This document shows, in pieces, positions 16,630-25,825 of a stretch of DNA of 64,000 nucleotides. Both the position numbers and the translations under genes were made by a program. The stretch lies in the NCBI GenBank assembly GCA_016186795.1, contig JACPKY010000001.1:65357-129356 (forward strand). Direction: 5' to 3'. The stretch comes from Candidatus Gottesmanbacteria bacterium. GTDB lineage: Bacteria; Patescibacteriota; Microgenomatia; 2-02-FULL-39-11. Numbering within the stretch: the first letter of the stretch is position 1; the number at the start of each line of letters is the position of its first letter. Under the pieces are notes generated by a model. The model did no database searches and was not told the DNA's origin. It saw only the letters and a program-made list of their open reading frames with translations.

Positions 16630-18162
16630 ATGGAAGATAATTCTTCAATTCATTCCTCCCTCAACCACCACCGATACGCAACCTTTGCAATCGTCACTTT
16701 TCTTATCATTCTGACAATCGGTGTTGTCTTTATCTCTCAACAATTTCAACATCAGCTCGTTGCAATTTCTCAATCGAAAGCTGCAGAACCGACCCTTGCG
16801 GGAACAAATACATTCACTCATGGACCTCTTGTTGGTGCTGTTTCTGATACATCGGCAACGGTGTGGGTCCGAATACAAGAAGCCAAAACGAATCAAAATC
16901 TTTCTGTTTCCCTGAAATCACAAACGGCAGGAGAAGCCGTTAAAACGGCATCCCTTATTCCTGTCCACTTCACAACCGACTCAGGTTGGGACTATACGTG
17001 GAAGGCAGAAGTGGAAAATTTGACTCCACTCACGACCTATATCGTCAATGTCCGGAACAATGGCATCAATCTCGCTCCACCAATTGGGAAAAAAACTCAG
17101 TTCAAAACCTTTGCATCAAAAGGTGTGGATAAGGATTTTAAAATCCATATCTTTACCGATTTTGGCACGAAGAATTCGAGCCAGGATTACGTCGTAACAA
17201 ATACGTTTCCCTCAGCAGCAAGTGAGCCAATCAAGCCTGATATGGTTGTTGTTGGAGGAGATTTCTGGCACTTCAATAGCGCCCAAGGACTCAAACCTGA
17301 TCAACTGAATAAATTCATCAAAAACCAGCAGCAATATTTCAAATACAGCTATATGCTCAATAGTCCGATTGCTCCTCTTGATGATTTTGTCAGTCAGTTT
17401 CTTGCCAACTATCCGCTGGTACATTTTTTTGATGATCATGACCAAGGATTAAATAACACTGATAAAACATTCCAGTGGAAGACTCAATCAATTCAAGTTT
17501 TGAAAGATTTCTTCCCAGTCTATCAAGAAGAAAGTATGACGAATGGTGATTGGCAACAATTTTCCTATGGTCAGGCAGATTTCTTTGTTCTTGATACACG
17601 AAGTCAAAGAGATCCGAATAGTACTGCCGATGGTCCAGCGAAATCAATGCTTGGTCAAGAACAATTGCAATTTCTGAAAAATGGACTCATTTCTTCAACA
17701 GCGAAATGGAAAATCATCTTTTCACCCTCTCCGTTTAATCCAACCCTTCCAAAGAATGATGCATGGGCTGGGTTCAAATTTGAACATGACGATATCGTAA
17801 ATTTTGTCAAAACGAACGGAACACAAGGAGTTATCGTTATTTCAGGAGATGCTCATGCAGGAGGAATCGATGATGGAACCAATGCTGGTCTTGCTGAACT
17901 GTTTGTTCCTTCCCCTAACGTTGACCACTGTGCAACCGTTGGTCCAACACTTGGTACATGGAGTCATGGATCATATGGGACTGCAGACCATGGAGGAGAT
18001 GATCCTCCATGTCCGGGATATGGAACGGTGCGAATTTTAACCAATCCCGATCGGGCCGTCCTTCGTGTAAAAGATGATAATGGTAGGAAAAAACTCATGT
18101 ACCGATATTTTCTGAATCCTCAAGATAGCCAACGATACAAAAATCTTGCGGAAGATGAGTAA
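16630..18162 (+). CDS. PhoD-like metallophosphatase (alkaline phosphatase D family), membrane-anchored
   Basis: N-terminal TM (FAIVTFLIILTIGVVFI). PhoD_N-like GPLVGAVSDTSATVWVR, then the calcineurin-like core with VVVGGDFWH, FFDDHDQG and VISGDAHAGG metal-ligand motifs. Confidence 0.65.
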   Translation: MEDNSSIHSSLNHHRYATFAIVTFLIILTIGVVFISQQFQHQLVAISQSKAAEPTLAGTNTFTHGPLVGAVSDTSATVWVRIQEAKTNQNLSVSLKSQTAGEAVKTASLIPVHFTTDSGWDYTWKAEVENLTPLTTYIVNVRNNGINLAPPIGKKTQFKTFASKGVDKDFKIHIFTDFGTKNSSQDYVVTNTFPSAASEPIKPDMVVVGGDFWHFNSAQGLKPDQLNKFIKNQQQYFKYSYMLNSPIAPLDDFVSQFLANYPLVHFFDDHDQGLNNTDKTFQWKTQSIQVLKDFFPVYQEESMTNGDWQQFSYGQADFFVLDTRSQRDPNSTADGPAKSMLGQEQLQFLKNGLISSTAKWKIIFSPSPFNPTLPKNDAWAGFKFEHDDIVNFVKTNGTQGVIVISGDAHAGGIDDGTNAGLAELFVPSPNVDHCATVGPTLGTWSHGSYGTADHGGDDPPCPGYGTVRILTNPDRAVLRVKDDNGRKKLMYRYFLNPQDSQRYKNLAEDE

Positions 18163-18300
18163 CCTCCTCTTACACTTTTGGCAAAACTGCGCCTAGCCCG
18201 TTCATCTGTCTCCATACTCCAGCTTCCCGCCCTACAACATTTCCATCATACTCTATCGTATGGAAACACGAAAATTGGTATAATAAGCGGATTAAACGAT

Positions 18301-18374
18301 AGGCCCATAGGTTAATGGTAGACCAGAGGACTCCAAATCCTCTAGTGGGGGTTCGATTCCCTCTGGGCCTGCCA
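18301..18374 (+). tRNA. tRNA-Trp (anticodon CCA), CCA encoded
   Basis: Acceptor AGGCCCA/TGGGCCT, D-arm GGTT-AATGGTA-GACC, anticodon stem GAGGA/TCCTC with loop CTCCAAA (anticodon CCA), T-arm GGGGG-TTCGATT-CCCTC, discriminator G plus CCA. An extended -10 (TGgTATAAT) lies at about 18279-18287. Confidence 0.85.
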
Positions 18375-18378
18375 GCTT

Positions 18379-18816
18379 TTATTTGTACTTTGCCAGAGGT
18401 ACAACTCTTACGCCTTTGATTTTTGATTGATGCTTGGGGTTATCGGTAACAAGAATGGCGTCCTCTTTTTTAGCCAAAGCTGCAAATGCAGCATCATAAT
18501 ATGTGAACTTTTTATCACCAAGTAACCTCACTTCATATGCCATTTGATAAGTTTGAAAAGCTAGGTTAGGAGTTTCAGAAATAAACTCTATCGGAAGACT
18601 GGAGATTGTTCCCAAATTTTGATTAGCTTGATTCACTTCTATACCCTTTTTAAGTATCGCATTTCCCACCTCATATTTAGCAAGTTCGGGAGCTATCAAA
18701 ATCGCTTTTCCCGCCTGGGCATCCACAAGTATTTGGTTTGCCTCTTTTATATTCGATTCGTTATTCTGCTTGACCCATTTAACCATCACCGAACTATCCA
18801 CTACTACTTTTTTCAT
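18379..18816 (-). CDS. vapC: PIN-domain toxin (VapC-like)
   Basis: KKVVVDSSVMVKW (Asp-containing N-terminal strand), ...YDAAFAALAKKEDAILVTDN (conserved acidic residues of the PIN fold). Follows an antitoxin gene with a 2-nt spacing. Confidence 0.75.
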   Translation of the reverse strand: MKKVVVDSSVMVKWVKQNNESNIKEANQILVDAQAGKAILIAPELAKYEVGNAILKKGIEVNQANQNLGTISSLPIEFISETPNLAFQTYQMAYEVRLLGDKKFTYYDAAFAALAKKEDAILVTDNPKHQSKIKGVRVVPLAKYK

Positions 18817-18818
18817 AT

Positions 18819-19100
18819 CTATCTACGTGCTTCTCTATCTCTTGCTATAAATTTTGAAAGGCTACCTTTATATTTACCTTTATAAGAACGGGCTAAATTT
18901 ATTTTCCTCCATAACTCATCCCAGTCGACCTTTTTTTGACTTGAAGTATGGGGTCTTATAATGACTTCATCCTCTTTTTCGGCAATAATAGTTACCGCCG
19001 ATTGGGGAGACATCCAATCTCTACTCTTTCTTATAGATTCGGGTACTGTAAGCTGTCCTCGATCTCTTATAATGACTGTTTCCTGAATTTGCGTGTTCAT
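18819..19100 (-). CDS. vapB: AbrB/SpoVT-type antitoxin (VapB-like)
   Basis: VIIRDRGQLTVPESIRKSRDW is a swapped-hairpin AbrB/MazE-like DNA-binding motif. Immediately upstream of the PIN gene. Confidence 0.65.
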   Translation of the reverse strand: MNTQIQETVIIRDRGQLTVPESIRKSRDWMSPQSAVTIIAEKEDEVIIRPHTSSQKKVDWDELWRKINLARSYKGKYKGSLSKFIARDREARR

Positions 19101-19133
19101 TCTGAAAATCAGAATATCAGAAAATCAGAATAA
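19101..19133. promoter_or_regulatory. Putative vapBC operator: inverted plus direct repeats TCTGAAAATCAGA / TCAGAAAATCAGA
   Basis: tctgaaaatcagaatatcagaaaatcagaata lies directly upstream of the vapB start codon (rc at 19098-19100). TTCTGA-N3-TCAGAA is an inverted repeat, and the 13-mer recurs directly. Confidence 0.3.
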
Positions 19134-19252
19134 TGTCAAGGAAAATAAAACCCCGATAGATACTCCTCTGTGATTGCACCGAACCAACTGATGAATCAGC
19201 AGATCAATGACTAGTTTCTCTATCGGGGCTTTCGCACGTTCCTCCTTGGGGA

Positions 19253-19771
19253 TTATTTCAAAAGTACCACCACTCCTATGGCAATCAAGACAAACGCAAC
19301 GATTTGGATGGGCTGTATGGATTCTTTGGCGATAACCACTCCCAGAATTACCGGAATAAGGATTGATAATCCAACGGTAATTTGGGTTCCTACTGCAACA
19401 CTCAATCCCCTCGAGTATGCAATGAAGCTCAGGATTTCGGCAGTCCCAACTGCCAATCCTGCAAGTATCGCCAATACCACTCCGTGAGTCGTTACGTGTA
19501 TTGGTTGCCCGGTGACATACAAAAATAGTACCACCGCGATACCTTCGACCGCTGCGGTCACTTGCAATACCGCAGCTCCGAACGATGTGGTTATTCCTGT
19601 TTTGGCAGATCTGGAAATCAGGAATGTGTAGCCCCCGTATGCCACTCCTGCCATCAGTGCGAACACGCTGGGAATCACGATTTCCTCCTTCTTGATTGGC
19701 TTGGAGAAGGCGGCCTCCAAGGTTACTGTCGTCGCAGTACGACTATTAGGTCTGACGAACTCGAACGTCAA
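19253..19771 (-). CDS. Small multi-TM membrane protein (EamA/DMT-like half-transporter?)
   Basis: Four predicted TM helices rich in A/G/V/I. GC content is higher than the surrounding genome. Confidence 0.4.
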   Translation of the reverse strand: MTFEFVRPNSRTATTVTLEAAFSKPIKKEEIVIPSVFALMAGVAYGGYTFLISRSAKTGITTSFGAAVLQVTAAVEGIAVVLFLYVTGQPIHVTTHGVVLAILAGLAVGTAEILSFIAYSRGLSVAVGTQITVGLSILIPVILGVVIAKESIQPIQIVAFVLIAIGVVVLLK

Positions 19772-19961
19772 TCTGTGTCCACTTCGGATTCCACTCCTCG
19801 GAGAGTTCAGCGTAGCCGCCGATGATTTTTACTTTGGTATACTCTCTCGGCATTTTTGCACCTTGGTCGCTGGCTTTTTTGAGGATATCCGAAATCTTGT
19901 CACCCGTGGATGCATATACTTCCCACCGTTTACCGGCATTATCCACAATGGTAATTTCCAT
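19746..19961 (-). CDS. Hypothetical small protein (71 aa)
   Basis: ORF overlapping the start of the membrane protein by 26 nt. No motif recognised. Confidence 0.3.
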   Translation of the reverse strand: MEITIVDNAGKRWEVYASTGDKISDILKKASDQGAKMPREYTKVKIIGGYAELSEEWNPKWTQIDVRVRQT

Positions 19962-20367
19962 ATTGCCTCCTTTAGACTGTAAATCTTATCCTGCTTCCGC
20001 CCTTGAGAGGATTCTTACCCACTGTCACGGTTTCCCCAAGCAAGATGGTGTTGTGGGATACCAGTTGTCAAAAATGTGACACCTCGTACCCCACAACACT
20101 CCCCTGCAAGGAGAAAAGCTCTCTAAAATTTAAACGTGCGAATTCGAAGTTGGTTCAAAACTTCGATTAAGATAAACTGTTATAAGTCTTCCATTGACTT
20201 AGTGAAGTTCTTGATTTGAGAATAAAAACTCATTCTTCCTCAAGAACTATAGGATTCTATCGCTCACTATTTTGTCTGTCAAATATTATCAACATGAAAC
20301 CGTAATAACTCTTCTTTTTGAAGCTAAAATGCGTCAATATTTACTGTTGTGATATAATGACAACAAT

Positions 20368-21108
20368 ATGGAAGATTTCTTTCTTCGCTTCGGCCTGACC
20401 CAAAAAGAAAACACAGCCTTTCTGGAGTTGGTAAAGCTGGGTGCCTCTCCTATAAGCCTGTGGGCAAAACACGCCGGAATTCATCGCTCTTCGATGTATG
20501 TTCTTTTGGAAAGGCTAAAGTCAGAGGGACTTGTCACCACATTTATCCATAAAGGGGTGATGCACGTCCAGGCTATCCCAATGGCTGAGCTTTCTTCCCT
20601 TCTGTATGGCAAAGAACAAATTCTTGACCACACCAAAAACCTTCTTGAGAAATATTTACCTGACTTACAAAAGCTGGAAAAAACGTACGGAATTACTCCA
20701 AAAGTGAAATTTTACGAGGGAAAAAAGCGGGTCGAGGCAATGTACGAGGAGATTCTCAAAGAACGATCATTTAGAGCATTTTTCCACCCTGAGAGAGTCA
20801 AAAGCATGATGCCAGAGTATTTCCATAAGATTCCCCTCGCCATACGAGAAAATCACGGATCGGCACAAGAGCTCGTGATCCGCTGCAAAGAGGCTGACGA
20901 ATATATACGGTTATACCGGTCTGCCAACCATCAGATAGAACGTTTAGCTCCATCAATTACGTTCTCATCTGATACAATTATCACTAAACAGAAGATTTTT
21001 TTGGTCGGCTACTCCGAAAACGACGTCGTGGCAACAGAGATCTGGAATAAAGAACTTGCCCAAACCCAAGCAGTTTTGTTTGACTTGATTTGGTCAACGA
21101 TGACATAG
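20368..21108 (+). CDS. TrmB-family HTH transcriptional regulator
   Basis: N-terminal winged HTH: LTQKENTAFLELVKLGASPISLWAKHAGIHRSSMYVLLERLKSEGLVTTF. About 245 aa with a C-terminal effector domain, like TrmB-type sugar regulators. Confidence 0.5.
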   Translation: MEDFFLRFGLTQKENTAFLELVKLGASPISLWAKHAGIHRSSMYVLLERLKSEGLVTTFIHKGVMHVQAIPMAELSSLLYGKEQILDHTKNLLEKYLPDLQKLEKTYGITPKVKFYEGKKRVEAMYEEILKERSFRAFFHPERVKSMMPEYFHKIPLAIRENHGSAQELVIRCKEADEYIRLYRSANHQIERLAPSITFSSDTIITKQKIFLVGYSENDVVATEIWNKELAQTQAVLFDLIWSTMT

Positions 21109-21356
21109 TCTATGACAGAAGGCGTAGAAAGAATTGACCTATTTGCGATTCCCCAGCGGTACAGATACAACCCTTGGCTTGATGATGGGAGCGGAAATTT
21201 AAATGTCCGAAGCGATGTTCGCCCTAGCACCTTTGAATCTCGCTTTAAAGGACTTAACGAAAGAAACGCGATTGAAGGAAGCGGAAAAATATGCAAAGCT
21301 TGCGGGTTTTGCAACACTACAAGATTTTATTGATTCACAGGGATAAACTGATTGTA

Positions 21357-21647
21357 TTACCCATACAATTCTTCGTGCGTTCCCAGTAGAACAAAGTAAG
21401 CAACTACTTCATCTCCAACCCATATCTCTTTATAGATTGCTCGGTAATCTGAGGTGATATTTATACTTCTTTGACTCGAATATTCTCGATGGAGTAAGTG
21501 ATTATTTAGTTGAGGATCGTATGGATTTTTTGAAAAAAGTTTTATCCTCTCTCTTACTAATATTCTAATTCTGACGTCTACTTTTTTGAGTTTTTCATAA
21601 AACTCAGGGTCAAAAGCGACATTCATATTCCCTGTTTGTCTAACCAT
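21357..21647 (-). CDS. relE: RelE/ParE-superfamily toxin (YafQ-like)
   Basis: Size (96 aa), basic composition and a C-terminal ...YRAIYKEIWVGDEVVAYFVLLGTHEELY block typical of RelE/YafQ toxins. Overlaps the upstream antitoxin gene by 25 nt. Confidence 0.6.
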   Translation of the reverse strand: MVRQTGNMNVAFDPEFYEKLKKVDVRIRILVRERIKLFSKNPYDPQLNNHLLHREYSSQRSINITSDYRAIYKEIWVGDEVVAYFVLLGTHEELYG

Positions 21648-21907
21648 GCAACTGCCTCTTTTCCAGTTTTAAAAATTGGAGAGTGTTTTCCCTCTTTCCA
21701 ATTCTTTTCTGCTTGTTTTAAGATGGCACGCGTTTTTTTATTGGGAATTTCGGGAGTAGTAGTGAAAGTAACCGTTTTTGTTTTGACAAGCTGGCGAAGA
21801 TACGCATTGACCAAAGAGCTCAAACTAAATCCCAACTCTTTGGCAATCTTTTGGGCTTTGGCTTTTATCTGCGGTTCTGTTTTGGTGATAATGACTGCGG
21901 TATTCAT
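21623..21907 (-). CDS. relB: RelB/DinJ-family antitoxin
   Basis: MNTAVIITKTEPQIKAKAQKIAKELGFSLSSLVNAYLRQLVKTKTV is the RHH-like RelB/DinJ N-terminal fold. Upstream partner of the RelE-like gene. Confidence 0.6.
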   Translation of the reverse strand: MNTAVIITKTEPQIKAKAQKIAKELGFSLSSLVNAYLRQLVKTKTVTFTTTPEIPNKKTRAILKQAEKNWKEGKHSPIFKTGKEAVAWLDKQGI

Positions 21908-22022
21908 ATATACAAAGTATATATAATGTATAAATACTTGTCAAGAAGTGTTGATGTGTACCAGACTGAAAGCGATTGCGTGAAGGCCCCTCGCCTTCAA
22001 GTCTGGTACACATGCGATGCGA

Positions 22023-22880
22023 TTACTGCGTCGGCAGGACTTCGAAATCGGAGACGACTTTTACGAACTGGAGATAGTTTGGCTGGGTATAGTGCCAGAA
22101 GGCGACATACCCTTCCAAACGGCACGGACCGGAAAAATCGTCCGGCACCTGAAACTCCAGGTGGAATTCGGTATAGGTAATTCGGATCCCACCGCCCCAG
22201 TGGTTGATCAGCTTCAATCCACAGCTGCTCTCAAACGAGTTCCCCGCCGGACGTTCAAAATTCACTAGATGACGAATATTTGTCAGTTGCCCTGAGGGGA
22301 GCAAAAGTCCGATATCCGTCAGTTCCGCCGGGCTTTTGGCGACGATGCCAAACGAAGCGGTCAATCCTTGGTATGCTGGCGGATTGAACCACATTTCGGC
22401 GCTGGGCGGCTCGGTGCCTTGGACAATCTTGATCGATCGCGTCCTATGCTTGGTCTGCCCATTGATCTCGCCTTTCACGTCGAGTAATTTGAATGTCCCC
22501 AAACGCCGACCGCTTTTGAGCGTAAACAAGAGCGTCGTGTAATCGCCGGGCAAAATGTCACCCGTCCACAGATAGCGGCATCTTTTCGCACACCCAAGGG
22601 AACTCACGGTGCTGTTTCCAGATACCAGAACACCAGGTTCTTGCTTATTTGTCGCCCGACCTCCGACGACCACCTGCAGTTCAAAGTGCATCGGCTTGTT
22701 AGTCTCGTTTCGAACCATAGCACCAGCGCTGAAAGGGACCCACCCGAAAATCACTTTAGGCGGGATTTCGAAAGCAATCGAACCATCCGGCGCGGCGCTG
22801 GCGGGGGTGCTGCCCACGAGCAAAAGCGCGAGCGCAATCGAAACGAACAGCACGAACATTGCAAAACGTAGCGTTTTCAT
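22023..22880 (-). CDS. Hypothetical secreted protein (285 aa) on a GC-rich segment
   Basis: Clear Sec signal peptide MKTLRFAMFVLFVSIALALLLVGSTPASAAP. By eye the GC content is about 50%, against the mid-30s elsewhere. Confidence 0.5.
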   Translation of the reverse strand: MKTLRFAMFVLFVSIALALLLVGSTPASAAPDGSIAFEIPPKVIFGWVPFSAGAMVRNETNKPMHFELQVVVGGRATNKQEPGVLVSGNSTVSSLGCAKRCRYLWTGDILPGDYTTLLFTLKSGRRLGTFKLLDVKGEINGQTKHRTRSIKIVQGTEPPSAEMWFNPPAYQGLTASFGIVAKSPAELTDIGLLLPSGQLTNIRHLVNFERPAGNSFESSCGLKLINHWGGGIRITYTEFHLEFQVPDDFSGPCRLEGYVAFWHYTQPNYLQFVKVVSDFEVLPTQ

Positions 22881-23370
22881 TTTTTGCCTCCTGGCTGAAT
22901 TTGGTGCAAATTACACCTGATTTGAGACGTACGATCGAAAAAACGCGGAGTGAACTGACGGATGTTTCACCTCCTAAAAAATTTCTACGGACTTCAATTG
23001 ATGCAGAAAAGATTTGCATCAAATCAATCCGTAGAAACTAGAACTCATCTCATAAGCTGCTTTCGTTGCGAAAGACGGATTCTATAATCGCATCTTGTAA
23101 AAGAGCTCCGCCTCTTCGGCGGATAAATCTATTTGCCAACAAAAAAGAAGTGTTGCATATAACACTTCCCTCTATGGGCAAATGGTCCTCTTTATAGCAT
23201 AATCCCAATGGAATGTCAATCACTATAGGATATCTATTTGAATATCCACATCACTTCTGATAGGATCGCCTCAATCTTGTGACTTTTCTCACAGGCGAGA
23301 AACAGTCGCTCTTTTTAGTTTAATCTTCAGAGCGTCCTATCGGGAATCAAAAAGGAAAGGAAATCGGTCA

Positions 23371-23712
23371 ATGAAAACAGGAACTTCAGCTCGACCAAGA
23401 TCTCCGTCGCCGACCGGAATTTTGCTCAGACTTATTCAGGAACGAGCAAAAAGAGAGATAAAAGTCCGAACAGACATTTTGGTCATAACAGTGAAACTCA
23501 GCGTTCCATGGGAGGTGGTAAAAAGATTGATTGAGCGTACCGATTTGAGATATTCGATAATTATTCTCCAAGGAATTCATCGGTACAACGTTCCCCATCT
23601 CATTCTTGTTGCAGGGTCAAGAGAAACCTTGATGCAAGAATGGGAAAGACGAAAATCAGAGTTCAATCAAAAGGGTTATAACATCCATAACCCCACATCC
23701 AAGTATTTTTAG
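23371..23712 (+). CDS. Hypothetical protein (113 aa)
   Basis: ORF with no recognised motif. Lies in a moderately GC-rich island. Confidence 0.3.
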   Translation: MKTGTSARPRSPSPTGILLRLIQERAKREIKVRTDILVITVKLSVPWEVVKRLIERTDLRYSIIILQGIHRYNVPHLILVAGSRETLMQEWERRKSEFNQKGYNIHNPTSKYF

Positions 23713-23725
23713 AAGGAGGACTTCC

Positions 23726-24076
23726 ATGTTCGCAACTGATAATCTCATCAGGCAGATTGTCCCGCGAATGCAAGCTAGTCTTACCAAGCCGACCTCTTTT
23801 CTCAAAGTTGAGGTTCCGGTGACGATGGCTGACTATCCAGCAGTACGGGGACTGCTTGTCCGCGGGGAAATGCCCGTATATATCATAACCCTTCAAGGCT
23901 GGGACCATCCCCGAGTGAGGCAACCTCATGTCGTTTTGATGGCGCACACCGAAGCGGGTATCATTGGTGCCATCGATAAACATTTCGATGCGCTACGGGC
24001 ACAAGGGTATGAATTCAAAACGCAAACAAAACCGGCAATGATTGCGTATATAAAAACCCGAAAGATTGCCGGCTAG
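23726..24076 (+). CDS. Hypothetical protein (116 aa)
   Basis: Begins 14 nt after the previous ORF. Followed by a long nested palindrome. Confidence 0.3.
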   Translation: MFATDNLIRQIVPRMQASLTKPTSFLKVEVPVTMADYPAVRGLLVRGEMPVYIITLQGWDHPRVRQPHVVLMAHTEAGIIGAIDKHFDALRAQGYEFKTQTKPAMIAYIKTRKIAG

Positions 24077-24390
24077 ATTCTTGACGACTCGGTGTGTAAT
24101 ACACCAACCAATTTGCATACCGAGTCGTCTCCATTCAATCCACTCTTTCATTCACTCCCTTTTCTTTGATCTACATTACAATCTTGATATAATACCCATC
24201 TTCACAATAAATGAACTCCAGATATATGATTTTGGACAGTTTATTTGTTGTGAAAATTTTTGTACGTTAACAACTTGCGAAATGAATCTATAAGCGTGGT
24301 TGTTGGCGGAATATCTGCAAATTTTGTAGCTATCCTGTCAACAATCATGCACTCCGTTGACAAATCCAAAATTCCTTAAGGAGGACCCAC

Positions 24391-25236
24391 ATGTTCTACA
24401 CGTTTGCATTCCTGTTCATTTTCGCACTAGCGGCGTACGTGCTGTCTATCCGCTACATCGAGCAGCACCCAGGAGAAAGTGGCATGCTCACATTTCCCAA
24501 ATTTGGGATCGAGGGAGAGAGCAGCTGGAAGGGAGCCGCGACGTTTGGAATTCTGCTTCTGATAGTTCTCATCGTCGGGGTTGTCATCATGACGGTACTG
24601 ACCAAGATCGTCAGTCTCTTTAACGCATTCTTTGCCCTCATGATGATTTCCATGTCGCTGCTTTTTGTCAGCGACTACAGTAATAGCATGGCAAAACTCG
24701 TGCGCCATCGGACATTCGGGCTGATCATCCAAATCGGTCTGGCATTGTTTTTGGGACTAGGATGGTTGATTGCGCCATCCTGGCCTACGTATGATGTCGC
24801 CGCGTTCATTGCCATCTATGTGATACTGCGGAACATCGGCCCAGTAAGACTACGATATCTTTTACTGGGATTTGCCGGAATAATGATCTATGATGTCTGG
24901 GGCGTTTTGGGATCGGGACTCATAAGCGGAATCGTTATGGGGAAAACCCTCCCCCCGCTCCTGATTCTTGTTCCTGATAATCTGTTCTCGGTGAAATCCC
25001 AGGTATCATATCTCCTCGGCGCCGGAGATCTGCTTGTCGGAGGAATCGCCGTTATGACAGCCCGAAAGTACCACATCGAGAAGTACGTTTTCCTAGGATT
25101 TGCGGTGGGATTATTCTTGGCGCCGGTTGTGACCATGTTCATCCGCGTCGTACCGGCAACGGTTCCTATTGCCATTCCGGTCTTGATTGCTTTCCTCATT
25201 GCAATGAGGATTAAAAAAATCAGCCCCGAGTGGTAA
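24391..25236 (+). CDS. Polytopic membrane protein, candidate presenilin/signal-peptide-peptidase-like (GxGD) intramembrane aspartyl protease
   Basis: About eight hydrophobic helices. One helix contains IMIYDVWGV (YD motif), a later helix YLLGAGDLLVGGI (GxGD motif), and the C-terminal helix PIAIPVLIAFLI (PAL-like). GC-rich codon usage; preceded by an AAGGAGGA RBS. Confidence 0.45.
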   Translation: MFYTFAFLFIFALAAYVLSIRYIEQHPGESGMLTFPKFGIEGESSWKGAATFGILLLIVLIVGVVIMTVLTKIVSLFNAFFALMMISMSLLFVSDYSNSMAKLVRHRTFGLIIQIGLALFLGLGWLIAPSWPTYDVAAFIAIYVILRNIGPVRLRYLLLGFAGIMIYDVWGVLGSGLISGIVMGKTLPPLLILVPDNLFSVKSQVSYLLGAGDLLVGGIAVMTARKYHIEKYVFLGFAVGLFLAPVVTMFIRVVPATVPIAIPVLIAFLIAMRIKKISPEW

Positions 25237-25341
25237 TAAAAAAGGAGGAAATCATTTCGCAAGGAAAAGAGCAAAGGTGCTGGGTTGGCTTATCCAACTC
25301 GTTGTTAAAACCCAGTACCTTTGCTCTGATATAATCTCCTT

Positions 25342-25770
25342 ATGAATACTTCACCAACTACACATAAATTTGTCGCAGTCCTGAATAAAAAGATTGAAAT
25401 TGGGAAACTTGTAAATGCCTTGGGCCACATGGCAGCAGGACTCTCCTCTCTTATTCCTGATAAAGTTTCCATGCGTTTTGACACGTACATAGATAAAAGC
25501 GGAAGTGAACACAAAAATATTTCAGATAATCCATTTATTATCCTCGCAGCAGATAACTCCAATCAAATAAGAACACTTCGAAACGAGCTTATTGCGCTAC
25601 AAATCCCTTTTACTGATTTCACAAACACGATGACCGTTGGAACATTTTTGGAACAAAAACAGAAAACGCGTGAAACACCGGAACTAGAGCTGGAATACTA
25701 CGGCATCTGCTTTTTTGGGGAAATTACCCAACTTTCCGATCTTACTCGAAAATTTTCCCTGTGGAGATAA
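25342..25770 (+). CDS. Hypothetical cytoplasmic protein (142 aa)
   Basis: Compact ORF, no motif recognised with confidence. Confidence 0.4.
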   Translation: MNTSPTTHKFVAVLNKKIEIGKLVNALGHMAAGLSSLIPDKVSMRFDTYIDKSGSEHKNISDNPFIILAADNSNQIRTLRNELIALQIPFTDFTNTMTVGTFLEQKQKTRETPELELEYYGICFFGEITQLSDLTRKFSLWR

Positions 25771-25825
25771 TTTTTCAGAGAATCCCATTGACAGGGATAG
25801 GAAGACTCTCTATGCTGAGAGTATT

